A stretch of 64,000 bases of DNA from an uncultured virus (IMG/VR IMGVR_UViG_3300009128_000001) (lineage: Duplodnaviria; Heunggongvirae; Uroviricota; Caudoviricetes), in IMG/VR virus record IMGVR_UViG_3300009128_000001; one strand, written 5' to 3'. Below, piece after piece: positions 43,721-54,371 of this stretch (its first letter is position 1; each line of letters begins with the position of its first letter). Both the position numbers and the translations under genes were made by a program. Under the pieces are notes generated by a model. The model ran no database searches and was not told the DNA's origin. It saw only the letters and a list, made by a program, of their open reading frames with translations.

Positions 43721-43753
43721 AAAAGTCTATGTTATAAATCTATCTAAAAAACA

Positions 43754-43819
43754 AGGGGAAAGCACTGGCACTGATTAATTTTATCCAGAAATTGAGAAGG
43801 AAGTACCAATATAGCCCCT
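43754..43819 (-). ncRNA. UCCUUCU structured RNA unit C
   Basis: AGGGG-CTAT-ATTGGTACT-TCCTTCT-loop-AGTGCCAGT-GCTTT-CCCCT. Confidence 0.75.
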
Positions 43820-43825
43820 CAAACC

Positions 43826-43916
43826 TTGTAGTAATTGTTGGCGCTGTTTAAATTGCATATTGAAGCAATTTCCGCTTACGCGGAAATTATAGAAGGAAGC
43901 CCCAACATAGCTACAA
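43826..43916 (-). ncRNA. UCCUUCU structured RNA unit D
   Basis: TTGTAG-CTAT-GTTGGGGCT-TCCTTCT-loop-AGCGCCAAC-AATTA-CTACAA. Confidence 0.75.
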
Positions 43917-43934
43917 TGTAATCTTCATGTACGT

Positions 43935-43963
43935 ACTATAACCCAAAATTAGTAGGTTGTCAA
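43935..43963 (-). promoter_or_regulatory. sigma70-type promoter for RNA array and TerD-domain gene
   Basis: TTGACA-17bp-TATAGT with AT-rich upstream element. Confidence 0.8.
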
Positions 43964-45046
43964 TTATTTTACGCTTTTTTATTTAATCTCTGTACCTTGG
44001 CGACACTTTGGGCGGCTCGACAAAATACTCAGAATATTTTTCACCTACCTCATTTTCAGCTTCGCGCAACTTTTGGTCAGCCCGATAAATCTTAACAGCC
44101 TTCCACAACCTGTCCTGTTCATTTTTAGACAAGCGGACAAAAGTACACTCTCCATTAGCTTGTTTTATCGCCTCGTAAATCTCCAGCTTTCCATCTTTAG
44201 TCTTGCTGGTTGAAAGAGACAGATACTCTTTAATAACCTCTGCGCTGCTAATAAAGGAGTGCCATTTCCTTACCTTACAAGACAAACAGTTCATGTGCTT
44301 TTCAGGACATGTTTCATTGATTACTTCGTATTTCATTATTTTCTCTCTTCCGGATGGCCACAATAAAGACAGACATCATTGCACGGATCTTCTGAGCTAT
44401 TATAAACACACATTCCAGTGGGAGATTTTTCGCAATCCCATGACCACCCAAGATCAATATCGTCGGAAGATATATTTAGATCTAATGATAATAGACCACA
44501 AATCGTTTGCTGTGCCTCAAACATCTCGTGCTCAAGCTCACTAATATGACGATGAAATCCCTCTATTGCACTAACAAGCTGCCTAATTTCTTCTTTATCT
44601 TCTTTATCCATCGTATACCCATTTTTTCGGCCGGGGGACACTTAGTTGCGGTTCACCGTCGGGTGGGTTTTGGCGCACTATGTATTCTTTTATCCTACAC
44701 CACTATAACTATTTAATATTACTAACTATTTGGCGTCTCAACTAATTCTACATCCAAAGAATATTCATCAACAATTTCTTCCCCAGACGGACTTAACATT
44801 CCATCACCAATACAACGGAACATCTCTTTCTCCAGAAAATAATCATGATTGTCAGATAAGGTTGCCTCATCATAATGAACAACCATAGTAATCTTATATA
44901 CTTGAGCCATCATTTATCTCCAACACTTCTATAACCAACCCTCTTCCTACTAACCGAACGAATCTGTTGAGCTTTCCTTTTATTCCGCAGTGACTCCAAC
45001 ATCATACTAATCATAAGCAGGAATACAAATGCACCAATTACATACA

Positions 45047-45292
45047 TCATTTTATCAATTCCAACTTTTCTTTTTTGGATAGCTTCTTAATAACGCACTC
45101 TCTCTTCTGCGCTAAAGACCTAGTTTCAACCTCTTCAACATATACATATTCCCATGGCCTTCCCGCTCTAGTTGCCTTTGCCCCGCCAGGAATCAATCCA
45201 TTATGTTGATTCAATCTTCGCTCAAGGTTTATAGTAACTCCAGAGTATAAACGATCCAATTTAGAGCGGATTATATAAATGTACCAGCTCAC
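45047..45292 (-). CDS. Small GIY-YIG nuclease (UPF0213-like)
   Basis: WYIYII..LYSGVT.NLERRLNQHN..GGAKATR..RPW..E. Confidence 0.85.
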   Translation of the reverse strand: MSWYIYIIRSKLDRLYSGVTINLERRLNQHNGLIPGGAKATRAGRPWEYVYVEEVETRSLAQKRECVIKKLSKKEKLELIK

Positions 45293-45888
45293 AGAAATTC
45301 TAACCCAGATGGACCACCTTTATAATTGCCCTGACGGTACTCATCAATATTGGTGATCCACCGCCCTTGATCTGATACTCCCTCTAAAGGTCCAAGATCA
45401 ATAGGTTTTTTTGTTACAATATCAAGCACATACGTAGGCTCAAGCCCAGCTACATATTGAACGCCGGAAGGAATTGTAAATCCCCATGAATGTTTTGCCA
45501 TATCAGCAGAAAATCCAAAGCCTAAATCTGTCGTATCAATAATGAGCACATCTCCTCTTTTACCCAATATTGTCCGGACTGTTCCCCTCACTTCTTCGCG
45601 CAAATTAATGGTATTTTCTATTTCAATCTCATCACCAACATTAATCTCATTTATGGTGTAAGCCCTTCTTTCAATTTCATGCTCGGGATACCACCTACAT
45701 AGTGTATCATCATCTTCATTGGCGGACCAGGAAATATATGAATAACTGCCATATTCATATTTATGCTCAGAAAAAGTCTCCCCACCATCGTCGGTAATTA
45801 GATACTCCTCTTCTTCAGTATCAATAGCAACAATTTCACCAATATCGCCATTATCAAGCTTTACTGTATCACCAATTTCGAACCACAT
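45289..45888 (-). CDS. Tandem SH3/KOW-like protein with SDQGR..GLEFL tag
   Basis: FEIGDTVKL..GEIVAID and INVGDEIEI repeats. Confidence 0.7.
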   Translation of the reverse strand: MWFEIGDTVKLDNGDIGEIVAIDTEEEEYLITDDGGETFSEHKYEYGSYSYISWSANEDDDTLCRWYPEHEIERRAYTINEINVGDEIEIENTINLREEVRGTVRTILGKRGDVLIIDTTDLGFGFSADMAKHSWGFTIPSGVQYVAGLEPTYVLDIVTKKPIDLGPLEGVSDQGRWITNIDEYRQGNYKGGPSGLEFL

Positions 45889-45895
45889 AATAGCC

Positions 45896-46282
45896 TCACA
45901 AAAGCAATCCCTTATAACCCTTTACATCAGAAGAAAAGAAATCCATCTGTTTTTCTCCCTCAGTTTTCTTTTTATTAGACTTGGGAGTTGGTGCTGGACT
46001 TCGCTCTGTATCTGGCGTGCGATCATTTACAGCTAATATGCGTGACTGACCAATCCAAGAACACAATAGTTTAGACTCCACCCCAAGCAGCCAATCAATA
46101 GTTTCTTCACTTTCATTCTTCCAATATTGATTCTCAAAGGTACAGGACGCATCGGCTTCCATATCCTCTACCAATACATCTCCGCTATCAATATCTATAG
46201 CCAAAGCCATACCATAAATATTGGCATCATTATAGTTGCGAAAATAAATCTCGTCCTTCAATTTTACGTTATGTATGTTCAT
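45896..46282 (-). CDS. SH3/KOW-like protein with MDFF tag
   Basis: VKLKDEIYF..GMALAID; C-terminal EKQMDFF. Confidence 0.65.
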   Translation of the reverse strand: MNIHNVKLKDEIYFRNYNDANIYGMALAIDIDSGDVLVEDMEADASCTFENQYWKNESEETIDWLLGVESKLLCSWIGQSRILAVNDRTPDTERSPAPTPKSNKKKTEGEKQMDFFSSDVKGYKGLLL

Positions 46283-46355
46283 TATATTGGGTTGCCTTAT
46301 AATAAAATGACATTAGGATGAAAGTACCAATCAACCCGATCTCTAAGGAGTTAAC

Positions 46356-46463
46356 ATGAAAAAGTATTTTGAAAAAGCTAAGGCATTCTGCGTAAAATAC
46401 AAGTATTATATTGCTGCTGGCGCTGCTGGTGTAGTAGTTCTAGTCTGTGCCGTAACCTGCTAA
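46356..46463 (+). CDS. 35-aa membrane peptide (not in ORF track)
   Basis: AAGGAG RBS; MKKYFEKAKAFCVKYKYYIAAGAAGVVVLVCAVTC; followed by terminator. Confidence 0.7.
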   Translation: MKKYFEKAKAFCVKYKYYIAAGAAGVVVLVCAVTC

Positions 46464-46482
46464 ATATAATAAGTAAAGTTTC

Positions 46483-46512
46483 AAAAGCCGCCTTTTATTT
46501 GGCGGCTTTTTT
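46483..46512. terminator. Bidirectional intrinsic terminator
   Basis: AAAAGCCGCC-loop-GGCGGCTTTTTT between convergent genes. Confidence 0.8.
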
Positions 46513-46515
46513 GTT

Positions 46516-46902
46516 TTAGCAACCCATCCTTCGCTCAGATTCTTGCTCCATCCGGCAATAATAATCAAACTCGGCCGCAGCAGCTTGACAATCACACCAT
46601 TCATCATAAAGCTTTTTTTGCTCATCGTCCAAAAGATACTCATTTACTACTACAATTAGCCGCTTACCATTACATTCGGGACATACGACATCATAAAGAC
46701 CGTTCATATAGTTTTCGCGGTCCTCATAATCCCAATCTTCTTCCCATTCAGACGCAGTAATGCCATCTGAAAAAGCAGGATGATCTACTTTCCCATGACC
46801 TTCACATTCCGGGCAAACTTCAAATTTAGCCGGCAAAGATAAACAAACCTCAATTTCCTCGCCATTGTCATCTTCACGGTAAAATGTAATTTCTTTTTCC
46901 AT
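46516..46902 (-). CDS. Phage protein with DnaJ-type CxxCxGxG zinc motifs
   Basis: VCPECEGHG, YDVVCPECNGK, ERRMGC. Confidence 0.7.
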   Translation of the reverse strand: MEKEITFYREDDNGEEIEVCLSLPAKFEVCPECEGHGKVDHPAFSDGITASEWEEDWDYEDRENYMNGLYDVVCPECNGKRLIVVVNEYLLDDEQKKLYDEWCDCQAAAAEFDYYCRMEQESERRMGC

Positions 46903-46948
46903 TTTTAATTTCCTCGGTTAATGTGTGGAATTGTGCCCGCGTCCCTCT

Positions 46949-47012
46949 AATATACGCACGATCCGACCAGTGTCAACCCCTCCCACCAACTTTCCTGGCA
47001 CGAACCTTGCAT
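46949..47012. promoter_or_regulatory. sigma70-type promoter (minus) back-to-back with sigma54 site (plus)
   Basis: TTGACA-16-TATATT minus; TGGCACGAACCTTGCAT plus at 46996. Confidence 0.75.
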
Positions 47013-47016
47013 GCAG

Positions 47017-47223
47017 TCACCCACCAATTAGTTCGGATAATTTCCAAATCAAATAGTTTACTTCCATATCCCCATGAAAATCATCCAATTCATTTATCGC
47101 GCACTCAATAGTTGCTCGGTCTCCAGCTCCAGCATTAAATAAGGCATATGAATAAGAATTGCGCCCGAAATGATAGTAATAATAAGAAAGAATTCTAACT
47201 GTTTCGTTGTCTAGCTTGTACAT
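47017..47223 (-). CDS. Hypothetical protein, paralog of 59458..59664
   Basis: LDNETV..H.G..S..Y.L..G.G.R.TIE.A..EL..NYL.WKL. Confidence 0.7.
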   Translation of the reverse strand: MYKLDNETVRILSYYYYHFGRNSYSYALFNAGAGDRATIECAINELDDFHGDMEVNYLIWKLSELIGG

Positions 47224-48011
47224 ATTAACTACTCAATAATGATTCACTAATTACACTTTGCGGCCTTTATGTATCACTTTTGACCTTTCTTTTTCTTCGG
47301 TTTATGTCTTGGAAAAGCATAAGCCACAAATCCGTTCTCATCTTCTTCTTCGGTTGGCAATAGTCTTCGGCCACATTCAGGACATCGGACCTTTTTTCTT
47401 TTCATTAGTCCGGTAATCCATTCATATGATCCTGGACAAGCCTCCCAATCGTGTTCGTGGGCCTTTTTACATCGTTCATTCATGATCTATTTACCTGAGC
47501 GCTTCGGGATGTTCTCCTTGTATAATCCTAAAACAAGATTCGGGAACATTCCACAAATCAATACCTCCGGGCAAGTAAATATCACATACTGGCTCGTTAA
47601 ACTCTTCACAGCCAGGACCATCAGGATTTAGATTGCAAAATGTTACATCGCCTTTATTGTATAATAGTTTTACCGTACCATTATGTAAATCTGACCATTC
47701 AACTGGGTAATCCTCGGTAAACTCAATTATATGTGTGGCTCGCATTATACCTCCGGCTTCTAAGAATGAGGACCAATATCCGTTTCCTCATACATCTCTA
47801 TTTTATCCTCATCCTCTGACGGATATATTACAGTACCATTCTCGTCAAATATTAAGGTTAAACCAACGTAATCTTGATCAGCCAATCCACGAACAATACT
47901 TTTAGCAGCATTTTTACTTTGAGTAATGGCTATCAATTCTAAACCAGTACAGGCCGATGTGCCAGTATAACAGCGAAACTCTTTAGTTCCAACAATATAA
48001 TACTTCATTGT

Positions 48012-48632
48012 TTAATTTCCCTTGGCTTTAGATACAATCCGGAAATAATCCTTAATTATTCCGGATTCTGGGCCATAAGCTTTTTTCAATTGCGCCCCAG
48101 TATCCAAAGCCATCTCTTCAAAACGATCCCATTCAGATCGAGACATCTTTTCTTTCTTGGGCTGCAACAAACAAATTGATAGTTTATCCTTAATGGCTTT
48201 TGTGGCAATGTTTACTTCTTCCCAACACCATAGATTAGGAGTAGCTACACATACTCGAAGCATTCCCTGGTGTACTTCCAAATGCATACCATTGCCAGCA
48301 TAACTATTCATCCCAAGCTTATCTTTCAAAACCTGGTCACAATAATTAGCGAACTTCCAATATCCCCCGGTCTTTTGGAAACATTTACGATTTCCCCAAT
48401 GACCAAAAAAGTAAACTACACGAGCAGCTACAGCCAAAATCTCAGCGGGAATCTCATAAAAAGCATTCCGCAATTCTTCACTAGGCCATTTCACATCCAA
48501 ATCATCATTCTGAATTTGATTTTCGGATTCTCTAACTGTTCGAATTACCAATTGCCTAACATTTCGAGGCAATGCACGATAACTAGGAACTGCCCAAGCT
48601 GCCCACGCATACTTATAATCAAAACTAGACAT
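48012..48632 (-). CDS. Hypothetical protein
   Basis: Long co-oriented ORF; start moved to MSSFD. Confidence 0.65.
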   Translation of the reverse strand: MSSFDYKYAWAAWAVPSYRALPRNVRQLVIRTVRESENQIQNDDLDVKWPSEELRNAFYEIPAEILAVAARVVYFFGHWGNRKCFQKTGGYWKFANYCDQVLKDKLGMNSYAGNGMHLEVHQGMLRVCVATPNLWCWEEVNIATKAIKDKLSICLLQPKKEKMSRSEWDRFEEMALDTGAQLKKAYGPESGIIKDYFRIVSKAKGN

Positions 48633-49900
48633 TACAAGCCTCTCGAAATCGCTCCCTATCAAAACGAGGATTATCTCCGGCAAACAAATCAGCCAAAAAC
48701 TCAAACAATTTCTTGCGAATTGCCGGTTTCTCTTGACTTACTTTTTCAGCCGCCGCAATGTAATCTTTCCTAGTCATTGTTTTTTCCCTTATAACGATAT
48801 GGTCCAACCAATTCCGCAAACTTAGGATTAGAGTTTTGCCATTCTTTATATGCTTGTGCTAGTTTCTTGGTAGGAAAACACCAACAATATCGGTGACTTC
48901 CACTATGACCATTATCCTTGTCATATAAAACCCAAAGAGTCTTAAATGGGAATGTCCACTTGTCGGCCACTTCTACCTCAATTCTCTGGGCGAATAATAC
49001 AACCATTCATCTTCAAAGTTAGGATCCTTGTACTTGCCAATAAGAGGATCAACTAACACATCAATGAATAGCCCTTCCACCCCCTCTTCTTCACTAGCCA
49101 ATACAGTAATTCCCATACTAGAAACGTATGTTAGCTCTGAATTTGTTTCAAGCGTTTTAATGGCATGATCGATAAAGCTATATATCTTTATCCAAGAGGT
49201 ATGCGGATTTCTTTCTAATATAAAATCAATTGCCGATCTTAATTGTCTACGCTGAATGATTGTTTTCATGGTTTAGTTTCCCGTTTCTAGCATCCTTAAA
49301 ACATTCCCAACCTTCTTCTGCTTCTCGGCTAATAGGTCTTTCTCCCCACCCACACTTATTCATATCAGCTGCGAAATTGTATCCAGCACGCTCTGAATCA
49401 GTAGTACAATAATCTAGATTATAAAGCTTACACCACAATTTCCAACCATGAATCCATTCTTGCTTATTGACTACCATAATGTACCGCCCCTTAACTTGTC
49501 CGCGAGAGAATGATGTAGGACAATCCACTAATTATCCCCGCAGCAATTGAACTCAAACCAAAAACTACAGCTATGGCAACTCCAAATGCAATTGCTCCCA
49601 CAACCATTATTATAGTTTTCACCGCTAAACCTCTATATCATACATTTCCACCAAGTATTCACGCGCTTGTTTCTCTGTAGGAAAAACAACCCAATCTGTG
49701 CAATCTAAGTAACCTGGTGCACTTAATCTAGCTCCCCACCCTTCTACCTCAATGATATAATCCAGCTCCCCAATGGTAAAGTTATCGGTGATTTGTTTGC
49801 GAGTAAATAAATCGGCAGGAAGCCAATTAGTCCCTTCATAAGTCTCGTATTCCCACCACCGACCAAACTCTACCTGGGGCTGCATGAATGAAGACATAAT

Positions 49901-50281
49901 CTATGCCTTGGATAATGCCTTTTCTTGACAGTTAAGAGCCTTTTTTAGAACATCATAGGCTTTCGTATGATCAATGTTGTTTAGCAATAGTTGAATATGT
50001 CTGCCGGTAAGGTTGTAATCCTGAACACCATAAACACGGGTAGGAGTCTCTTCTTTTGGTCGCCGTTTAAGCTGTTTATATGGCCTAATAGAAGCAATAA
50101 CCATAGCACCAGGTTTTTGATCCGGAATGGTCCAATCAAATCCATGTGCATTTTGGATTGTAATTCCGTCATCAATAAATCGATCTCCTTCCATTTGAGC
50201 ATTAGGAAAATTCTTCCTAATATAATTTACCAGGTTTAACTTGTCCATTAATTCGCGTCGTGAAGTCTCTATTAGTTTCAT
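49901..50281 (-). CDS. Hypothetical protein, paralog of 59069..59437
   Basis: PNA..FIDD..NA.GF.W..YKQLKRR..RVYG..Y.LT..HI.LLLN.ID. Confidence 0.75.
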   Translation of the reverse strand: MKLIETSRRELMDKLNLVNYIRKNFPNAQMEGDRFIDDGITIQNAHGFDWTIPDQKPGAMVIASIRPYKQLKRRPKEETPTRVYGVQDYNLTGRHIQLLLNNIDHTKAYDVLKKALNCQEKALSKA

Positions 50282-50308
50282 TTTTATCTCCAAAACTTTT
50301 CGTCTAAA

Positions 50309-50932
50309 TTAGTCCTCGTCCATATAATCAGGATCAATTAGCTTTTTATGACCCAAGCCAATCAATGCCTGCATAATCTCTTTTCGCTCTGGATAACCAC
50401 CATTATAATCGCTAGCTGCAATTGCGCTTTGATTGTTATCCCAAAGCCATCCAAATACTTCCCCCTCCCAACCATCAGGACTATCTTCCAAAAACAGAAT
50501 TGATCCCTCGCTGGAAATATTCTCTAAGGTTGCCTCATATTCTCGCTCACTATAATCAGATTCATTAGCTACCGGATAATCACTCAAGGCATTAAACCAT
50601 TCCGTGATTACTCGGAAAATTCGGCTAGGCTCACCATTGCCATCCAATACCTTGAATGATAAATGATCGCACCAACCAACCGCCCAATGATTACAAGAGG
50701 TTATCTCCCAATCATTTTCTAAAGTCTCGTCTTCATTTAGATGCTTTTCAAGAGCATCCGCATTAGACTCTTCCAAAAGGCCAGAATCCCTATGTCGAAT
50801 TACCGGGCCCAAAGACCAAGTATAGAACATTTCATCATAATGTTCATGATTAGGCGACAAACCAAAATCACCAGGACGGTTCAATGCGTCTTTAATGTCT
50901 TGTTCAGTAATGTCTGGATTTGCGTCTAACAT
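50309..50932 (-). CDS. Conserved phage hypothetical protein
   Basis: RDSGLLEESN, HWAVGW, LSDYPVANESDYSERE. Confidence 0.7.
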   Translation of the reverse strand: MLDANPDITEQDIKDALNRPGDFGLSPNHEHYDEMFYTWSLGPVIRHRDSGLLEESNADALEKHLNEDETLENDWEITSCNHWAVGWCDHLSFKVLDGNGEPSRIFRVITEWFNALSDYPVANESDYSEREYEATLENISSEGSILFLEDSPDGWEGEVFGWLWDNNQSAIAASDYNGGYPERKEIMQALIGLGHKKLIDPDYMDED

Positions 50933-51699
50933 AATTATCTCCCCAGCAATCCGCGCTACAATATATTTCTAGCCAATTTCAGGGTTGTCTTCTCTCGAAA
51001 ATCCCGGAAAGGCAAAATTATATTTAAGATGTAGCTTCCAATTAGTGGTCAATACCTTCCCCGCCAAATCATTAATGCGAGCAATATCTCCATCCAAAAA
51101 ATCCTCTACTAATGCCCGATAAAATGTTCTCTGATCAGTAGAGTCAGGCATTACTACATCATCACCCAAAATAAAACAATGATGCAATTTGCGGTCGAAA
51201 TTAGTAAATGGGATTTTGCTAGGCTTTACATACCGCAAATTAGTCCCCAATAGCTCATAAGGGGTCTCTACAAGTAGATATGCCTTACGATTGGCAAAAT
51301 GTGTGTCTAAGATCTTGGTTGCGTATTTATTGATTACTTGAGACTTCTTGCTCATTTCAAATGTTTCCTAAATATTTTAATTACTTAATTATATATAAGT
51401 TCCAATTCTATATTCTTCCCCATCATTGGATAGTTCAATTACCACCCCGGAAAAGAATGAATCGGAATAATAACCGGACCAGCCCAGCTCTAATAGCTCG
51501 CCGGAAGAACGCAGAAAATCACTAACATGATAATAATGGCCTTTATAATTGATCCATCCGTAGATTTTATCTTCTTCGTCTAACCAATCATATTCATCCA
51601 TAATATCTTGCGGAATAGAATCGCAATACAAAAAAGATCGCCATTTATGATCAGTCTTTATATTTAGCTCGCCCATGGCTCCTCCCGCGCGTCCCCCTT

Positions 51700-51763
51700 A
51701 ACATAATCACTCAGCCTCCCGTGTCAACCCCTTAGCTGAAAATAGTTGGCACAGGACTTGCAT
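51700..51763. promoter_or_regulatory. sigma70-type promoter (minus) back-to-back with sigma54 site (plus)
   Basis: TTGACA-16-TATGTT minus; TGGCACAGGACTTGCAT plus at 51747. Confidence 0.75.
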
Positions 51764-52391
51764 ACAACCGTTATACCGCTATCAGTTTGAAGATGTTGAA
51801 ATCTTTATCCATTACTTCCTCTGCAAATGGATTTATTTCCTCATCAGTTATGTCCCAGAACTCTAACGGTCTCGAATATGTTTCCTTTAACCATTCCACA
51901 AGACTTTTCGATCTTTTGCGCTCACGATAATGCCTTACTTCCATACAAAAATGAGTAATAAAAATCTTAAAGCCATTTGCTCTATGAGTTTTGGTGTCGT
52001 CAATACTATTATATGGCGCTTCCACTACTACGCCCAGTTCTTCATCATAACCAATACAACCAATATATAAGTTATAACGACTGCACAAGGTATGATATTC
52101 TTGTAAAAAGCGCTCGCAATCACGATCTGTATTACTATGTTTTTCGCAAGATCGTTCCCAAATCTCTTTTACTATTGACTCTTTCATTTAAATCCTATCA
52201 CCTTTGCGCTTGAATAATATGCGATACGAATTCATTTTATCCTCTCTACAATTCGCATCTATTTCAACTACTGTGGTCGTCTCAATTATTGCGCAAATCT
52301 CCCACCCCTTTTGGCCATACTGCTGCAAAGACCACATAAAATCTTCATCATCATCTACCCATTCTGCTCTATAATCGAAAGCACGCATACC

Positions 52392-52877
52392 CTACTCCGC
52401 ATAATCGTAGAAAACCCACTTACCCTTTTTATTCTTTCCTACTTGACAACAATCCAATCGCTCCGCCCATTTAGGGAATTTGCAGTAGTCGCTATCCCAC
52501 CAACTCTCAAATTTGATTTCTTTAAGACGCTCCATCACTATTACCCGGCCCTTAATCAAATTGCACCAGGCTATTCTCTTTTTCCACTTCTCCCTTTTCC
52601 CAATGCTCCCCTCTTTAACACCTTTCCACCAACGAAACTCACGCTTATTAGCTCTAACGCCTGCCATACCAATCGGAAACTTATATACTTTTGTCCCACA
52701 TGGCGCTAGGAATGTTGCCCTATGCCTTCCACTATTGATATATGTAAATCCAAGCTTGTTTAGTTTTAAAATAAAAGCTCTGGGCGGAGCTTCCTTATAA
52801 TAATATTCCGGAACTGTATAATTCCAAATGTGTCTGTTGTTTACACTTCCGACATATCGATACTTGTTGGGTATCAC
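52392..52877 (-). CDS. Small protein-kinase-like fold protein
   Basis: NSGRHRATF, VYKFP..N.RE, VMERL, VFYDYA. Confidence 0.5.
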   Translation of the reverse strand: MIPNKYRYVGSVNNRHIWNYTVPEYYYKEAPPRAFILKLNKLGFTYINSGRHRATFLAPCGTKVYKFPIGMAGVRANKREFRWWKGVKEGSIGKREKWKKRIAWCNLIKGRVIVMERLKEIKFESWWDSDYCKFPKWAERLDCCQVGKNKKGKWVFYDYAE

Positions 52878-53071
52878 TCGCGCGCAACCCTTATACAGCT
52901 TCTCCCTTGAAATACTTGTCCAATAGTTTGCTTTTAGTAGATTGGGAGAGCTTTATTCTTTCCCCGCCCATTCCAACTAAATCGGAGCGAGTATATTCCC
53001 GCCCATATCTTTTCATTACTCTGCAAATATGAGCAATATATTTCTTGCTATTGCTGCACTGTGTCATTTTT

Positions 53072-53662
53072 CTATCCCGCCATTACCTTGTCGGACCAAT
53101 ACTTAAATGATTTCCGCAACCTACCAATAAAGTCTTTATCTGATAGATTTGTTTTAGTACCACCACTCATCTCAAAGTGATTATACATTAGAGTATCGGG
53201 ATGAATTGGTACCTCATCCTCACTTGGACTTGCATTGATTGAGACAATTTCCCAATCGCAATCTGTTTCATTCTCGCCATTCTCTACCAATACATCATGA
53301 CGATATAATATAATCTCTACTTTCTTGGCGGGCACTTTTGCTCCGGCTCCAGTAACTTGTTTCCTAGGCTCTTCCCCCTCTTTTCTTGGATGAAACAATC
53401 CCCACAATTCCGCCCCATCCCTTAATTGAATGATCCCGGAATAAAAACCCTCTACAGGTACAGGAATCAATACAACACCATCCCTATATCCAGGCTTAGC
53501 ATTATCAAAGCTCTCTTTTACCAGTGAAAGTAATTCTTTTTCAGTTCCAGTATAATGTGACCGCTGGCTAGGTGTATGCCGGCTCCTAGCAAATTCTGTC
53601 ATTGCAATTGTAGGCATGATTTTAATTCCTAACTCGTTGATATGACTAAACGGTTTTGACAT
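53072..53662 (-). CDS. DUF3228-like protein
   Basis: GYRDGV, R.EGEEP, ILYRHDVL.E, WEIVSINA, P..PDT. Confidence 0.65.
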   Translation of the reverse strand: MSKPFSHINELGIKIMPTIAMTEFARSRHTPSQRSHYTGTEKELLSLVKESFDNAKPGYRDGVVLIPVPVEGFYSGIIQLRDGAELWGLFHPRKEGEEPRKQVTGAGAKVPAKKVEIILYRHDVLVENGENETDCDWEIVSINASPSEDEVPIHPDTLMYNHFEMSGGTKTNLSDKDFIGRLRKSFKYWSDKVMAG

Positions 53663-54026
53663 TGGCGCTGATTACCTCAACTCCTTTACCCCAATTCCAT
53701 TCCAACTTAAATCCGGATACATTTATGATATAGCCTTCCGAACCACAACAATCACAACAGATCAGTGGTTCAACACTTCCGCCCCATTTTTCTTATCTAT
53801 TCGTGCCTTACACATCATCATCGCTACTTCATCTATAATTACATGATATATTTCCCTAGACGGGTACCCTTTGTCTATATAGAATAGTTCAATAAATGGC
53901 TGAAGTTGTTTGCTTACCAAACTAGCTAGATAATTAGCATCAGCAGTGTAAGTTTCATACTTACCCTCAAATAGTGATTTCTTATCCATTTCTCAATCTT
54001 TCTTCAATTGCTTTTTGTCCTAAATC

Positions 54027-54371
54027 TTATTCCTCACAGAAATCTAGCTTTTTGGTCTCTCCCAAATCTGGCCCCACACATATAACTACTAATACACAAT
54101 CAGAACCAACGCTACCCTGTCTCTTTTCTACAAGATGATGCGGATCACACATTTTTTGACCCTGAATTAAACGAATCTCTTCTGTTCGGCTTTTATGCTT
54201 AAACCCATAAACAAGTAGCGCTATAATTCCAGCCACACCACAGATAATAAGTAGAGCCTTTAGACTATCTAACCAATGCTCACTAAACCAATTCTTAAAT
54301 CTATACCACATTGTAGGTTTCTTAGGTTCTAAATCTGGTAGAACCTCTCCCTTTTTCCTATAAAAGCTCAT
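54027..54371 (-). CDS. Membrane protein
   Basis: Single TM helix and Cys-containing C-terminal domain. Confidence 0.6.
   Translation of the reverse strand: MSFYRKKGEVLPDLEPKKPTMWYRFKNWFSEHWLDSLKALLIICGVAGIIALLVYGFKHKSRTEEIRLIQGQKMCDPHHLVEKRQGSVGSDCVLVVICVGPDLGETKKLDFCEE

Noticed and set aside
43552..43916. CRISPR array interpretation of the AGAAGGAAG repeats
   Set aside because: Only 9 bp are identical, unit lengths vary, the stems covary instead of repeating, and no cas genes are present.
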